Source: Eledone cirrhosa (Eukaryota). From it: a DNA stretch of 64,000 nucleotides. The DNA is taken from NCBI GenBank assembly GCA_964016885.1, contig OZ024756.1:26040001-26104000 (forward strand), read 5' to 3'. The position numbers were made by a program, and so were the translations under genes. Positions 1 through 12,832 of this stretch are shown here, one piece after another; the stretch's first letter is position 1; every line of letters begins with the position of its first letter. The notes under the pieces were generated by a model. It was given only the letters and a program-made list of their open reading frames with translations. It ran no database searches and had not been told where the DNA came from.

Positions 1-7
1 AATTGTG

Positions 8-355
8 TGGAGGCACATGGCTTAGTGGTTAGAGCATTGGCCTTACAATCGAAAGGTTGTGAGTTCAATTCTCAGACCGGGTGATGTGTTGTTTCCTTGA
101 GCAAGACACTTTATTTCACATTGCTCCAGTTTACTCAGCTGTAGAAATGAGATGGTAGGGACTGGGGTCCCTATCATTCCACTGCAAAGTGGTCGTGGAG
201 GTGCCACGGCAAAAAAAGCACCCAGCACTCACTGTAAATGAGGTTGGTGTTAGGAAGGGCATCCAGCTGTAGAAATCAAGCCAGAATCAGTTCCCGTCCA
301 ACCCTTGCAAGCAGGGAAAAGGGGACGTAAAAATGATGATGATGATGATGATGAT
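8..355 (+). mobile_element. tRNA-derived SINE family A (~330 bp) with RTE-like 3' tail and (TGA)n end
   Basis: A box TGGCTTAGTGG, B box GAGTTCAATTC, core CCTTGAGCAAGACACTT, tail CCCTTGCAAGCAGGGAAAA..GGACGTAAAA(ATG)n; near-identical copies at 9920-10269, 25870-26197, 49695-50029. Confidence 0.85.
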
Positions 356-665
356 GTGTATATATATATATGTAAATGTGTGTGTGTGTATATATATATA
401 TAAATGTGTGTGTGTGTATATATATATGTAAATGTGTGTGTGTATATATATATGTAAATGTGTGTGTGTATATATATATGTAAATGTGTGTGTGTATATA
501 TATATGTAAATGTGTGTGTGTATATATATATATAAATGTGTGTGTGTGTATATATATATAAATGTGTGTGTGTATATATATATATAAATGTGTGTGTGTA
601 TATATATATATAAATGTGTGTGTGTATATATATATATAAATGTGTGTGTGTATATATATATATAA

Positions 666-705
<40 letters not shown>

Positions 706-903
706 GTGTGTGTGTATATATATATATATAAATTGTGTGTATATATATTTATATGTGTGTGTGTGTATATATGTGTGTGTGTATATATATTTATATGTGT
801 GTGTGTGTATATATGTGTGTGTGTATATATATTTATATGTGTGTGTATATATATATATATATATATGCCTGTGTATGTATATATATATATGTGTGTGTAT
901 ATA
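356..903. repeat. compound (TG)n(TA)n-AAA minisatellite
   Basis: repeated units such as aaatgtgtgtgtgtatatatatatat; explains the overlapping junk ORFs. Confidence 0.95.
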
Positions 904-1539
904 TGGAATAGAAACGAACAACTTATCAAACTAGTTTCAACTACTACAAAAGGAACAATAAAAGCTACCTTGCGAAACACAACAAAAACATCAATAGCTT
1001 TTAACAAGAACAACAACAGCAATGCAAAACTAGTTAACTAGGTTAACTGTGTAAAGCTGCCTTTTATTAATCTCCTTTCAAGATTAACAGCAAAGGCAGC
1101 CAATTAAACATTGATCAGTGAGGGCAGGTCTCTATATAGATATTCCAGCATTAATATAGCACATTTTACTATTCTTTTTGTATTGCTCCTCTCATAACTC
1201 TGTTGTCTGTTTATTTCTAGTTGTAATATTTTTATGTATTCATCTCTGTTTTTGTCGAAAGACTATCCATACAATTTCTGGTCCATTCTTTGTGGTGATA
1301 TCGTATCAGGTGCATCTTACAGATAGACCAGTTTTTCCAATCTGATGTGTAAACTGACATCACATGTGCAATACCACCTTAATGTGCAAAATTGCATGCC
1401 AGCAGGTGGATGATGAGGTAGAGATGCAGTTGTCTGTCTTATGTAACTGCTTTTTTTTGTGTACATTTTCTACTGATTATATATTTACAATGTAAATCTT
1501 GGGTACACAAGAGATGTAGTGGGATAACAAGTAAGCTAA

Positions 1540-1915
1540 TAAGAAGGGAAGACTTTGTAGACGATGCACAGGAGTAACTGAGGAGAAGATAACCAGTAAT
1601 GTATGCCTATTCCAGTCAAAGGAAGGACCCATAGAGGTGGTAGTTAGCTTCTGCTATCTAGACGAATTAATTAGCAACAGAGGAGGGTGCTCAGAGAGCA
1701 TAATAGCTAGAATAAGGATAGGATGGAAAAAGTTCAGAGAGATTTTCGCACTGTTGATTACAAAAGGTTTCTCCATATGCACAAAAGGATGACTGTATGA
1801 TGCATGTGTGCGAAGTGCGATGCTGTATGCTAGTGAAACATGGGCTGTGACTGCAGAGACTGGAGAGAAATGAAACAAACGTACTCTGTTGGATGTGCAA
1901 TATGTGTGAGAGAGA
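1540..1915 (+). mobile_element. decayed RTE LINE fragment (RT C-terminal region)
   Basis: GGCSESIIARIRIGWKKFRE...LYDACVRSAMLYASETWA with stops, homologous to the ORF at 3091-4188. Confidence 0.8.
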
Positions 1916-1954
1916 GGAAGAGCTTGTAGTTGCTTCACTAAACAGATTCAACCA

Positions 1955-2553
1955 TGGCACACACCGTGTCATGCTGAATCACCTTGAAAATGTCATTAAC
2001 CTTTTAACATTTACATTAGACTACACCTGATATTCCCCCTCCATACACACACCCATGTATATCATGACTCATACAATGTTCACTTTCCTAACATTTGTAC
2101 GTTATTCTATGTACTATACATGCACCATTGATGAGTTGTAGTGCACCTGAGCACTGTACACAATAATTTCATGATTATTTTTATTACACTATATATACTA
2201 TTGCATTTTTAAGGTAAAGACTTTATCTCATAGCATTGAATCTATGAGATTTTGATATTTATTTTGAGAATAATACCGTAACATAAGTATGAATAGCTAG
2301 TTACAGCCGGTTTGAACAGAAAGAGGTGAGGGAATTCTGGCTAGATATGGCCGGTTTAAATGCTAAAGGGTTAAGGGTATGCATGTCTATGAAATACTCA
2401 GCCACTGACATGTTAATTTCATGAGCAGGCTGTTCCATTTATTGAAACCAATAGAGGTCCATTTCATGTGCATGTGTGTGATTGCTCACCATGTTAGATA
2501 TTTACAAGAGCTACACACGTGTACATTATGTACATACACAACACACATATATG

Positions 2554-2590
<37 letters not shown>

Positions 2591-4615
2591 CACATGTGCA
2601 TATATATATATGCATATGTGTGTCAATGTATATATGTATGCATACATGTGTGTATCATCATCATCATCATCATCATCGTTTAACGTCCATCTTCCACGCT
2701 TGCATGGGTTTGGACGGGAATTTTCCCACTTGAGGCAAGATTGGTTGTCTTGCTCGTATAGGACTGTCTGGCGGGTTTTCTACGGCTGGATGCCCTTCCT
2801 AACACCAACCACGTTTACAGTGTGGACTTGGAGGTTTTTACCGTGTTACCTATACGGCCACATTACAGCGTGGACTGTGTGTTTTTTTTGTCGTGACACC
2901 TACACGACCTCATTTGTTTCGGACTGGATGTTGTGGTACCAACATAACTTTACATTGAAAGGGGTGGTGTGGATGGGGTGGGGGTAGTGGGACGGGGGTG
3001 TATTTTTGTTAGAGGTCCCTATTGACTGTAGGTTTCGCTTTGTACTTAGGCAAGGCGGGTCTTCTGTATGACTGTGTTGCGCCAAAGATCTCAGTCCAGT
3101 GACATTGTCTTGGAGAGGTGTAAATGTGTGAGGTCGGAATTTATCAAGTCGTCCCAGGTTTTTCTGGGTCTGCCTACTCCGTGGCTACCATCTATTTTTA
3201 TCGCCCTGCACTTTTTTATACAGCTGTCGTCTTTCATGCGCATCATGTGACCGTACCAACGTAGTCTTCTCTCGAGTAAACAACATCTGATCCCTCTTAT
3301 TCCTAATTTCTCCCTTAATTCGTTTCTGCTTTGCCGTTCACGTATATTACTATTACACATCCAGCGGAGCATGCAAGCTTCGTTCCTCTCCAGTCTGCGT
3401 ATATCCTCTGCACACAATGCCCAGGTCTCACTGCCATGTAACATTGCTGTTCGTATGCAGGCATCATACAGCCTGCCTTTCATTTTTAGAGAGAACCCTT
3501 TAGCGGCCAATAGTGGTATAAGCTCTCTGAACTTTTTCGATCCCATTCTGACTCTAGCTACTGTACTTTCAGAGCACCCTCCACCACTGCTGATTTTGTC
3601 ACCCAGGTAACGGAAGGTCTCCACTATTTCTATAGAACCATTTGTGCAATGGAATGAGCTAGTATTCTGTGGGCACTTGCTCCTACTTATTGCACCAGAG
3701 CACTGGCCACACATAAAATCTATATTCTTAGTTAGCTTACCTGTGATCCCACTACATCTTTTATGCACCCATACTTTGTATTTGGGATATAAAATGGAGT
3801 TTCTGCCTACTCCTTTCCTACACACTGAGCATGGCCATTTCCCAGATGGGACTGGTGCCCTATTTTCCTTCCTACAAACTAGAACTTTAGTCTTAGACAG
3901 GTTAATTTTAAGGCCTTTTGATTCTAGGCCATGCTTCCATGTTTGGAATTTCTTCTCTAGTTCGGCCATTGATTCAGCTATGAGCATTAGATCATCTGCG
4001 TATAGGAGTTCCCATGGGCAGCAGGTCTTTAACTCCTCTTTTATAGCCTGAAGGGCAATAATAAATATTTGGGGGCTGAGAACGGAGCCCTGATGAACAC
4101 CAACTTTTACGCTAAACTCTTCACTATATTCGTTGTTAATTCTAACCTTGCTGACTGTTTCTTTATACATGGCTTGTATAGCTCTCACAAGCCATTCATC
4201 AACACCTAGTTTTCTAAGAGCTCACCTGATAATGGAGCGGGGGACTCTGTCAAAGGCTTTCTCCGAGTCAACAAAAGCTAAGTATATGTATACATATATA
4301 TATTATGCCTAACTTATGCTAGCACGGAAGATGGATGTTAAACAATGATGATGATTATGTGTGTGTATATATGTTTATGCATTGCATGTGTATATAGGCA
4401 GTTATAACAACACTAGTTCAAATATCGAGTCACATGCAATGTTACCAGATATGTTTGTATGTCAATGTGTATGTATAAGCATGTGACATTGTTGGTCGAT
4501 GAACTTTTCCAAGCAACATAGTGTGCAGTAGATATGGAGCAATCTAAAAAATGTTGTTCAGCTAGTTGTTTATTTAATCTTTGATCATGGCTATATATCT
4601 TCAACAAAACTAGTG
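1955..4615. repeat. left arm (block AB) of a large inverted duplication; partner 9372-11095
   Basis: reverse-complement identity, e.g. catggcacacaccgtgtcatgctgaatcacc at ~1953 vs 11057-11087, and 4305-4615 vs 9372-9735. Confidence 0.9.
2655..4282 (-). mobile_element. 5'-truncated RTE-clade LINE with RT ORF remnant (3091-4188) and (TGA)n tail
   Basis: GVHQGSVLSP, WELLYADDL, FRYLG and RLRWYGHMMR motifs; 3' end CCCATGCAAGCGTGGAAGATGGACGTTAAACGATGATGA at 2655-2712. Confidence 0.92.
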
Positions 4616-4659
4616 TAAGTGTGTTACTGCTGCTTTATTTTATCAACCCCATTAAGGAT

Positions 4660-5850
4660 GAAAGGCAAAGCTAACCTCGGCAGGATTTGAACTCGTAAAT
4701 CTATGCTGCGAAGCAAGGAAACAGGCCAATAGACTGAGAATAGCCATGATAATTCTTCTATAAATTGGGATGAACAAAGAAAATGTCTCATTTTTGTTTT
4801 TGCTGCTGTTCTCAAATTTTGATCGGATTAATGTTCTTGGGAAGAAAGACAGCGAAAGCTAAAGATGGACATTTATAAAGAAGCTAATTCTTCAAAAATA
4901 GAAATGGGTCAATGTTTTGAATAAAGATAAATTAACATAAATATCTTTCTCAATTCCACAACATAATTAGATACTTCCTGTTTATCATTACCATTATTAT
5001 TATTTCTTTTTCTTGTCGATTTGAGTAGTTGAGAATTATCAAAATATAATACTGTATCTAAAAATATTACGCAATTTCTTTTTCAACCCCTTCCATACCA
5101 AACTGCCTGAAACCACTCATGGTTCTACGACACAAATCTGTTTTAAAGTATTCATATTTCTCTAATTTTATGTAAGAACCTTTGTTAAGTTACCTTCTGA
5201 ACACCAGCTTTGTAGTGGGGAAAGTTAGTTATATTAATAAATCCTTTCAAATTCTTGATTATTTTCAAATAGTAATGGATCCAGGCCAGAGATAAAATAT
5301 ACTCCACCTCCACGACCACTCTAAGGTTGGTAATAGACCCAAGCCAGATGTAAAATATAGCACCCATTCTTCTACAGAGCTGATAAAAGACCTAGGTTAG
5401 ATGTAAAATATACCCCCACCACCACCACACACACACACTCTTCTCTAGAGCTGATATTAGACCGAGGTTAGATGTAAAATATAGTGTCCCACACACACAC
5501 ACTAGCTCGAAGATCAGAGAGTCACTCCAGGTAGAGCCGTTACTACTTCGAATTGAAAGTTCACAGCCCCGAACTAAGGACATGTGGTTAGAATGTCTCA
5601 GGAAAGAATCGCTGGACAGATTTTAAGGGCAAAACCAACGGGCAGGAGACCCAGGGGTAAACCCCGAGTAAGATGGTTGGATAACATCCATGGGTGTGGC
5701 TGGTCTCTCTTGGGGATCCAGCCAGATCAATTGGAGACGGTTGTTCATGACAGGACCCTCTGGAAGGAGTGTTTGAGGAGTCTGCCCTCACGACCCTCAC
5801 AGAAATAAGTGGGCGAAGAAAAAATCATCATAGCTTTGAGTTGACCCATG
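4660..5850. repeat. left arm (block C) of the inverted duplication; partner 11165-12330
   Basis: identical spurious ORFs on opposite strands (5392-5583 vs 11434-11625; 5185-5367 vs 11650-11832). Confidence 0.92.
5584..5820 (+). mobile_element. LINE (RTE-type) 3' fragment; inverted copy at 11200-11433
   Basis: HVVRMSQERIAGQILRAKPTGRRPRGKPRVRWLDNI is the typical RTE ORF C-terminus. Confidence 0.75.
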
Positions 5851-6560
5851 CCTTGCCATCTGCATATAGAAGTTCCCAATGGCAGCCAACTTAACCTCTT
5901 CTGTTATAGCCTGTAAGATGATAATAAACAGGAGAGGGTGAAGAACAAAGCCTTGATGCACTCCTACCGGCATGCTAAATTCTTCACTATAGTCGTTATT
6001 AATTCTACCCTTACTGACTCTGCCTCTATACATGTCTTTTACTGCCCTCACAAACCACTTATCTATTCCAAGTTTTCTAAGACCCCATCAGATAATAGAA
6101 TGGGGGACTCTGTCAAAAGCTTTCTTCAGGTCCACAAATGCCAAGTAGAGGGGTTTGCTTTTAGCTAAGTACTTCTCCTGCAGTTGCTTCACAAGGAAGA
6201 AAGCATCCGTGGTACTTTTACCTGGCACAAATCCAAACTGCATCTCATCTAGGTTAACTAGCTCTCTGTGACCTCCATGACCTGGTCAATCAACACAAAG
6301 CCTGTGTAGTTTTCTCTGTCTGGAGCACCTCCTTTGCCTTTAGAGCAGTTGACGAAGCTACTGCTACGATATTCATTGAGTATGACACTATTTTGTACTA
6401 TTTGGTTTACAATACGGGTGGTTAATGTATGACTTTGATTATGACACTATTTTCTACTATTTGGTTTACAATACGGGTGGTTAATGTATGATCCACCATT
6501 CCAGATGATTTCAGCATCTCAACGACTATCCTCGATAGTCCAGTTGCTTTGCGTGTCTTC
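5850..6560 (-). mobile_element. decayed RTE LINE RT fragment
   Basis: RAVKDMY..GVHQGFVLHPLLFIIILQAI, plus upstream QFGFVPGKSTTDAFF and DLKKAFDRVP-like motifs with frameshifts. Confidence 0.8.
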
Positions 6561-6904
6561 ATATCTTTGATTGCCTTACTATGCTACTGCTGTGTATGTG
6601 CCTGCACTTGTAACATAAACAGAAATAATTGGGGAGATAACTGCCGCTGGCCTGATGTTAATTCAAGGGAAATAATTAGACCATCTAATAAGAAAAACAA
6701 GGACATTTTTTTAAGTTTGAAATTATTAAAAATAGATTTATCTTATTATTAGAAGCACACAGTGATGCCCAGGTATTTCATGAAAGTAACAATATATTTT
6801 TTTTATCATATTACAAAATATTTAACGAATAAAATAGAATCTTTGTATTTTCTCCTGGAATTAGATGCATTGTAAGTTACTATAGAAGTTTCCTGATTAA
6901 GTAG

Positions 6905-6985
6905 CAAGTTTTTGTAACAAGTTTTTTTGTAACAAGTTTTTTTGTAACAAGTTTTTTTGTAACAAGTTTTTGTAACAAGTTTTTG
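6905..6985. repeat. short tandem repeat (GTAACAAGTTTTT[TT])n, about 6 copies
   Basis: directly visible. Confidence 0.9.
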
Positions 6986-7827
6986 AGAATGAAAGTTTCA
7001 TGCTGTTTGTTTTAAACATATACACAAATGTCGGTAGGTGTATGTTGAATAATGGGAATAACCAATTTTACGAATAACACATCTAGTTGAAATTTTAAAT
7101 AAACTGTTTTCTTCTGTTTTTATCCACTCTACTTCCCCTCTTTCTCTCTTGATGTTTGTCTCTCTCATCATCATAACCGTTTTACGTCCATTTTCCACAC
7201 TAACATGGGTTAGACGAGTTATCCTGTTGTGGGCAATGCTAGGTCAGGTGACTGTTTTGTTCATGCAGAACTGATTTTGGCTTGGTTTCTACACCTGGAT
7301 ACCCTTCCTAACGCCAACCACATTTACAGTGAGTAATGGATGCTCACACTGTCTCTCACTATTCCTTTTTCTTTCAATTTTTATATTTCATATTCTATTA
7401 TGCATCATCTCTGTCTCTCATCTTCTTTCTCTTTCATCCCCTTTCTCTATTCTTTCTCTCGCATTCTCTTTTTCATCTCCCTCTCTCTCCCCTTGTGGTT
7501 TGGCAAATAGAGATCAATAATAAAAAGTGAGATTTCCTTAGCATGACCATGTATCAGTCAAATGGCTGAAACCAATAAAAGATCTGATTCTTTTTTATTG
7601 TTATTGTTCATTTGCTTTGCTGGCTGTATAAAGCTAAAGGAAATAAAATTCAGCAATTGAAAGTGAGTTGAAACACACAGGCAATACACAGCATTTAATA
7701 TGTATGTGAAAATAATAATAATAATGAAAATTATTGTCTACAGTGCTCAGGTGCACTACAAAAAAAAATGTTTGATATTATGTTTGTAGCACATCTGCAC
7801 ACACATATATAGTTACATTTATAGGTA

Positions 7828-8080
7828 TATACAAAGGTGGGCTGAAATGTTCATAGGCTGACTATGAAGGAGTGATGCTAGCGCTCTGAAATCTTGTATA
7901 CAAAAATTTCAACTCTTCTTATTAATAACTGCATTGTTTTTTTCCTGGTAAACTGACATTTGACTGTTCAAAGAAGACTTCAAAAGTAAATAGTAGTGAC
8001 TTCTCTCTCTTGAAACTGGACAAAATTTGGCATTGTGGTGTTATTAAGTTCCTACCTGCAGAAAAAGGATTTAGCCCCCA
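7828..8080 (+). mobile_element. possible mariner 5' end relic
   Basis: TATACAAAGGTGGGCTGAAATGTTCATAGGCTGAC terminus-like sequence, then a decayed DKIWHCGVIKFL..KKGFSP N-terminal transposase-like reading. Confidence 0.45.
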
Positions 8081-8285
8081 TGTTGATATGTTTCCGTTGG
8101 TCTTTCCAATTGCTAATACTATCTATCGGTCGCAACTCCAGGTAGAAGGAGCAACGTGAAATAAAGTGTCTTGCTCAAGGACATAACGCATCTCCTGGTC
8201 CAAGAATCGAACTCACTAAATTATATATATATATATATATTATAAAAATAAAACAAAGAAGCCTTCAATACATCAAAAGTCTTTA

Positions 8286-8330
8286 TTAGCCAACAATGTT
8301 TCGTCCTATTAAGGACTCATCAGGGCAATC
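8286..8330 (-). ncRNA. minimal type I hammerhead ribozyme motif
   Basis: minus strand: GCC CTGATGA GTCC TTAATA GGAC GAAAC ATT GT T GGC, then AATAAA, a T-rich tail and (TA)n. Confidence 0.75.
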
Positions 8331-8519
8331 AAAACCACAAGAAGTACTATCGGCCAATACAAGCCGAAAACTCCGAAGAATGTGCAGTAGATATGCAGCA
8401 ATCGAAAATATGTTGTTCAGTTGGTTGTTTATTTAATCTTTGAACATGGCTATATATCTTCAACAAAACTAGTTTAAGAACCAAAGTTTAAAACTTGAAA
8501 AACAATGTTGTGTTTGTGT

Positions 8520-9320
8520 GTATACATATATAAATACATAAATATATATATATAAATTATATATATATATATATATATATCAATTATATATATATATATA
8601 TATAAATTATATATATATATATATATAAATTATATATATATATATATATAAATTATATATATATATATATATATATAAATTATATATATATATATATATA
8701 TAAATTATATATATATATATATATATAAATTATATATATATATATATATATAAATTATATATATATATATATATATAAATTATATATATATATATATATA
8801 TAAATTATATATATATATATAAATTATATATATATATATATAAATTATATATATATATATATATAAATTATATATATATATATATATAAATTATATATAT
8901 ATATATATATATAAATTATATATATATATATATATATAAATTATATATATATATATAAATTATATATATATATATATATATAAATTATATATATATATAT
9001 AAATTATATATATATATATATATATATAAATTATATATATATATATATAAATTATATATATATATATATAAATTATATATATATATATATAAATTATATA
9101 TATATATATATAAATTATATATATATATATATATAAATTATATATATATATATATAAATTATATATATATATATAAATTATATACATATATATATATATT
9201 ATATATACATATATATATAAATTATATATATATATAAATTATAATTTATATATATATATATATATATAATTTATATATATATATATATAATTTATATATA
9301 TACATTTATGTATATATATT
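8520..9320. repeat. (TA)nAAT satellite flanked by ~140-bp inverted repeats (8383-8520 / 9325-9462)
   Basis: units AATTATATATAT...; flanks are reverse complements. Confidence 0.95.
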
Positions 9321-9919
9321 TATGCACACAAACACAACACTGTTTTTCAAGTTTTAAACTTTGGTTCTTAAACTAGTTTTGTTGAAGATATATAGCCATG
9401 TTCAAAGATTAAATAAACAACCAACTGAACAACATATTTTCGATTGCTGCATATCTACTGCACATCTACTGTACTTCTGCTGCATATCTACTGCACAACT
9501 ACTGTACTTCTGCTGCATATCTACTGCACAGTATGTTCCTTTGAAGAGTTCATCGACCAACAATGTCTCATACACACATTGACATAGAAACATATCTGGT
9601 AACATTGCATGTGACTTGATATTTGAACTAGTGTTGTTGTTATAACTATCTATATACACATGCATAAACATATATACACACACATAATTATCATCATCGT
9701 TTAACGCCCATCTTCCATGCTAGCATAAGTTAGACATGATATATATATATGTATATACACATGTATGCATACATATATACATTGACACACATATGCATAT
9801 ATATGCACGTGAATAATATATATATATACAAACATACATATTTGTGTGTTGTGTATGTACATACATTGACACACATATGCATATATATGCACATGTGAAT
9901 AATATATATATATATATAT

Positions 9920-10269
9920 CATCATGATCATCATCATCATTTCATTTTACGTCCGCTTTTTCCCTGCTTGCAAGGGTGGGACGGGAACTGATTCTGGCTT
10001 ATTTTCTACAGCTGGATGCCCTTCCTAACACCAGCCTCATTTACAGTGAGTGCTGGGTGCTTTTTTGCCGTGGCACCTCCACGACCACTTTGCAGTGGAA
10101 TGATAGGGACCCCAGTCCCTATCATCTCATTTCTACAGCTGAGTAAACTGGAGCAATGTGAAATAAAATGTCTTGCTCAAGGAAACAACACATCACCCGA
10201 TCTGAGAATTGAACTCACAACCTTTCGATTGCAAGGCCAATGCTCTAACCACTAAGCCATGTGCCTCCA
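9920..10269 (-). mobile_element. SINE family A copy, present only in the right arm of the inverted duplication
   Basis: reverse complement of 8-355; the left-arm site at ~2557 is an uninterrupted (TA)n. Confidence 0.85.
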
Positions 10270-10657
10270 TATATATGTACATATGTGTGTTGTGTATGTA
10301 CATAATGTACACGTGTGTAGCTCTTGTAAATATCTAACATGGTGAGCAATCACACACATGCACATGAAATGGACCTCTATTGGTTTCAATAAATGGAACA
10401 GCCTGCTCATGAAATTAACATGTCAGTGGCTGAGTATTTCATAGACATGCATACCCTTAACCCTTTAGCATTTAAACCGGCCATATCTAGCCAGAATTCT
10501 TTCACCTCTTTCTGTTCAAACCGGCTGTAACTAACTATTCATACTTATGTTACAGTATTATTCTCAAAATAAATATCAAAATCTCATAGATTCAATGCTA
10601 TGAGATAAAGTCTTTACCTCAAAAATGCAATAGTATATATAGTGTAATAAAAATAAT

Positions 10658-10844
10658 TGTTTCTACGCTAGGCACAAGGCCAGCAATTACCCAGTGTATT
10701 ACTGGCACTTTATTTTATCGACCCCGTAAGGATGAAAGGCAAAGTTAACCTCGGCAGGATTTGAACTCAGAATAGCAAGGGCCGTAACTCTATGCGTCAA
10801 AGCATGGCGTCCGACCCTCTACCGATACTGCCAATCCACCGCCC
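10658..10844 (-). mobile_element. tRNA-derived SINE family B (~190 bp) with 18-bp target-site duplication
   Basis: A box TGGCAGTATCGG, B box GAGTTCAAATCC, core CTTTCATCCTTACGGGGTCGATAAAAT; TSD TAGTGTAATAAAAATAAT at 10640-10657 and 10845-10862; empty site in the left arm at ~2174-2191; further copies at 12425-12557, 31370-31507, 31624-31812, 31963-32143, 50765-50922. Confidence 0.9.
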
Positions 10845-12699
10845 TAGTGTAATAAAAATAATGATGAAATTATTGTGTACAGTGCTCAGGTGCACTACAA
10901 CTCATCAATGGTGCATGTATAGTACATAGAATAATGTACAAATGTTAGGAAAGTGAACATTGTATGAGTCATGATATACATGGGTGTGTGTGTGTATGGA
11001 GGGGGAATATCAGGTGTAGTGTAATGTAAATGTTAAAAGGTTAATGAGATTTTCAAGGTGATTCAGCATGACACGGTGTGTGCCATGATTGAATCTTTGA
11101 ATTACAGGTACAGTCTGCTCAGCAAACCTCCAAACAATTTCTCTCTACCCAATTCCACTCACAAGGCATGGGTCAACTCAAAGCTATGATGACTTCTTCT
11201 TCGCCCACTTATTTCTGTGAGGGTTGTGGGGGCAGAGTCCTCAAACACTCCAACCAGAGGGTCCTGTCATGAACAACCGTCTCCAATTGATCTGGCTGGA
11301 TCCCCAAGAGAGACCAGCCACACCCATGGATGTTATCCAACCATCTTACTCGGGGTTTACCCCTGGGTCTCCTGCCCGTTGGTTTTGCCCATAAAATCTG
11401 TCCAGCGATTCTTTCCTGAGACATTCTAACCACATGTCCTTAGTTCGGGGCTGTGAACTTTCAATTCGAAGTAGTAACGGCTCTACCTGGAGTGACTCTC
11501 TGATCTTCGAGCTAGTGTGTGTGTGTGGGACACTATATTTTACATCTAACCTCGGTCTAATATCAGCTCTAGAGAAGAGTGTGTGTGTGTGGTGGTGGTG
11601 GGGGTATATTTTACATCTAACCTAGGTCTTTTATCAGCTCTGTAGAAGAATGGGTGCTATATTTTACATCTGGCTTGGGTCTATTACCAACCTTAGAGTG
11701 GTCGTGGAGGTGGAGTATATTTTATCTCTGGCCTGGATCCATTACTATTTGAAAATAATCAAGAATTTGAAAGGATTTATTAATATAACTAACTTTCCCC
11801 ACTGCAAAGCTGGTGTTCGGAAGGTAACTTAACAAAGGTTCTTGCATAAAATTAGAGAAATATGAATACTTTAAAACAGATTTGTGTCGTAGAACCATGA
11901 GTGGTTTCAGGCAGTTTGGTATGGAAGGGGTTGAAAAAGAAATTGCGTAATATTTTTAGATACAGTATTATATTTTGATAATTCTCAGCTACTCAAATCG
12001 ACAAGAAATAATAATAATGGTAATGATAAACATGAAGTATCTAATTATGTTGTGGAATTGAGAAAGATATTTATGTTAATTTATCTTTATTCAAAACATC
12101 GACCCATTTCTATTTTTGAAGAATTAGCATCTTTAGCTTTCGTTGTCTTTCTTCCCAAGAGCATTAATCCGATCAAAATTTGAGAACAGCAACAAAAACA
12201 AAAATAAGACATTTTCTTTGTTCATTCAATGTATCGAAGAATTATCATGGCTATTCTCAGTCTATTGGCCTGTTTCCTTGCTTCGCGGCATAGATTTACG
12301 TCCTGAGTTCAAATCCTGCCGAGGATTAAGGGGGTTGATAAAATAAAGCACCAGTAGCACACTGGAGTCGATTTAATCGACTTTACCCCCCCCCCCCCCC
12401 CATTATTGGCCATGTACCCAAATCAGGGCCCTTTATGGTCCGAGTTCAAATCCCACCGAGGTTAACTTTGCCTTTCATCCATACGGGGTCGATAAAATAA
12501 AGTACCAGTAATACACTGGGATAATTGCTGGCCTTGTGCCAAAAGTAGAAACAATTATAGATCTTTGTACTGATCGAAATTAAATCTATACTTGTGTAGG
12601 TGTCTGTTGTATTCCTACACCATCTATTTCATAAAGATCTCCCTCGACGCCTTTGTTACTGTGATTTTCTGTCTTTCTCTTGAGTTATCGGGAGAGAGA

Positions 12700-12832
12700 A
12701 GTAGGGAGGGCCGAAAGAGAGAAGTGGGGAGGGCCGAAAGAGAGAGAGAGAGAGACACGCATAACCTGGGAACTTTAACAACCCAGAATTATATTTCAAA
12801 ACTATTCGTGTAACTTTTAACCCTATCCGAAG
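12700..12832 (+). promoter_or_regulatory. putative IMPDH promoter/non-coding 5' exon ending at donor AAG|GTAACT
   Basis: CpG-richer GA tract; the ATG exon is preceded by the acceptor ctctttacag|C ATG, so an upstream exon is likely; in-frame TAA at 12762 and no in-frame ATG; start coordinate approximate. Confidence 0.4.

Noticed and set aside
10-85. tRNA gene
   Set aside because: A/B boxes belong to a SINE head; no full cloverleaf, and it continues into SINE core and tail
250-1041. Long overlapping ORFs rich in Y/I/H/T or V/C/Y
   Set aside because: Translations of (TA)/(TG) microsatellites; the same applies to ORFs near 8960, 30183-30534 and 41843-42548
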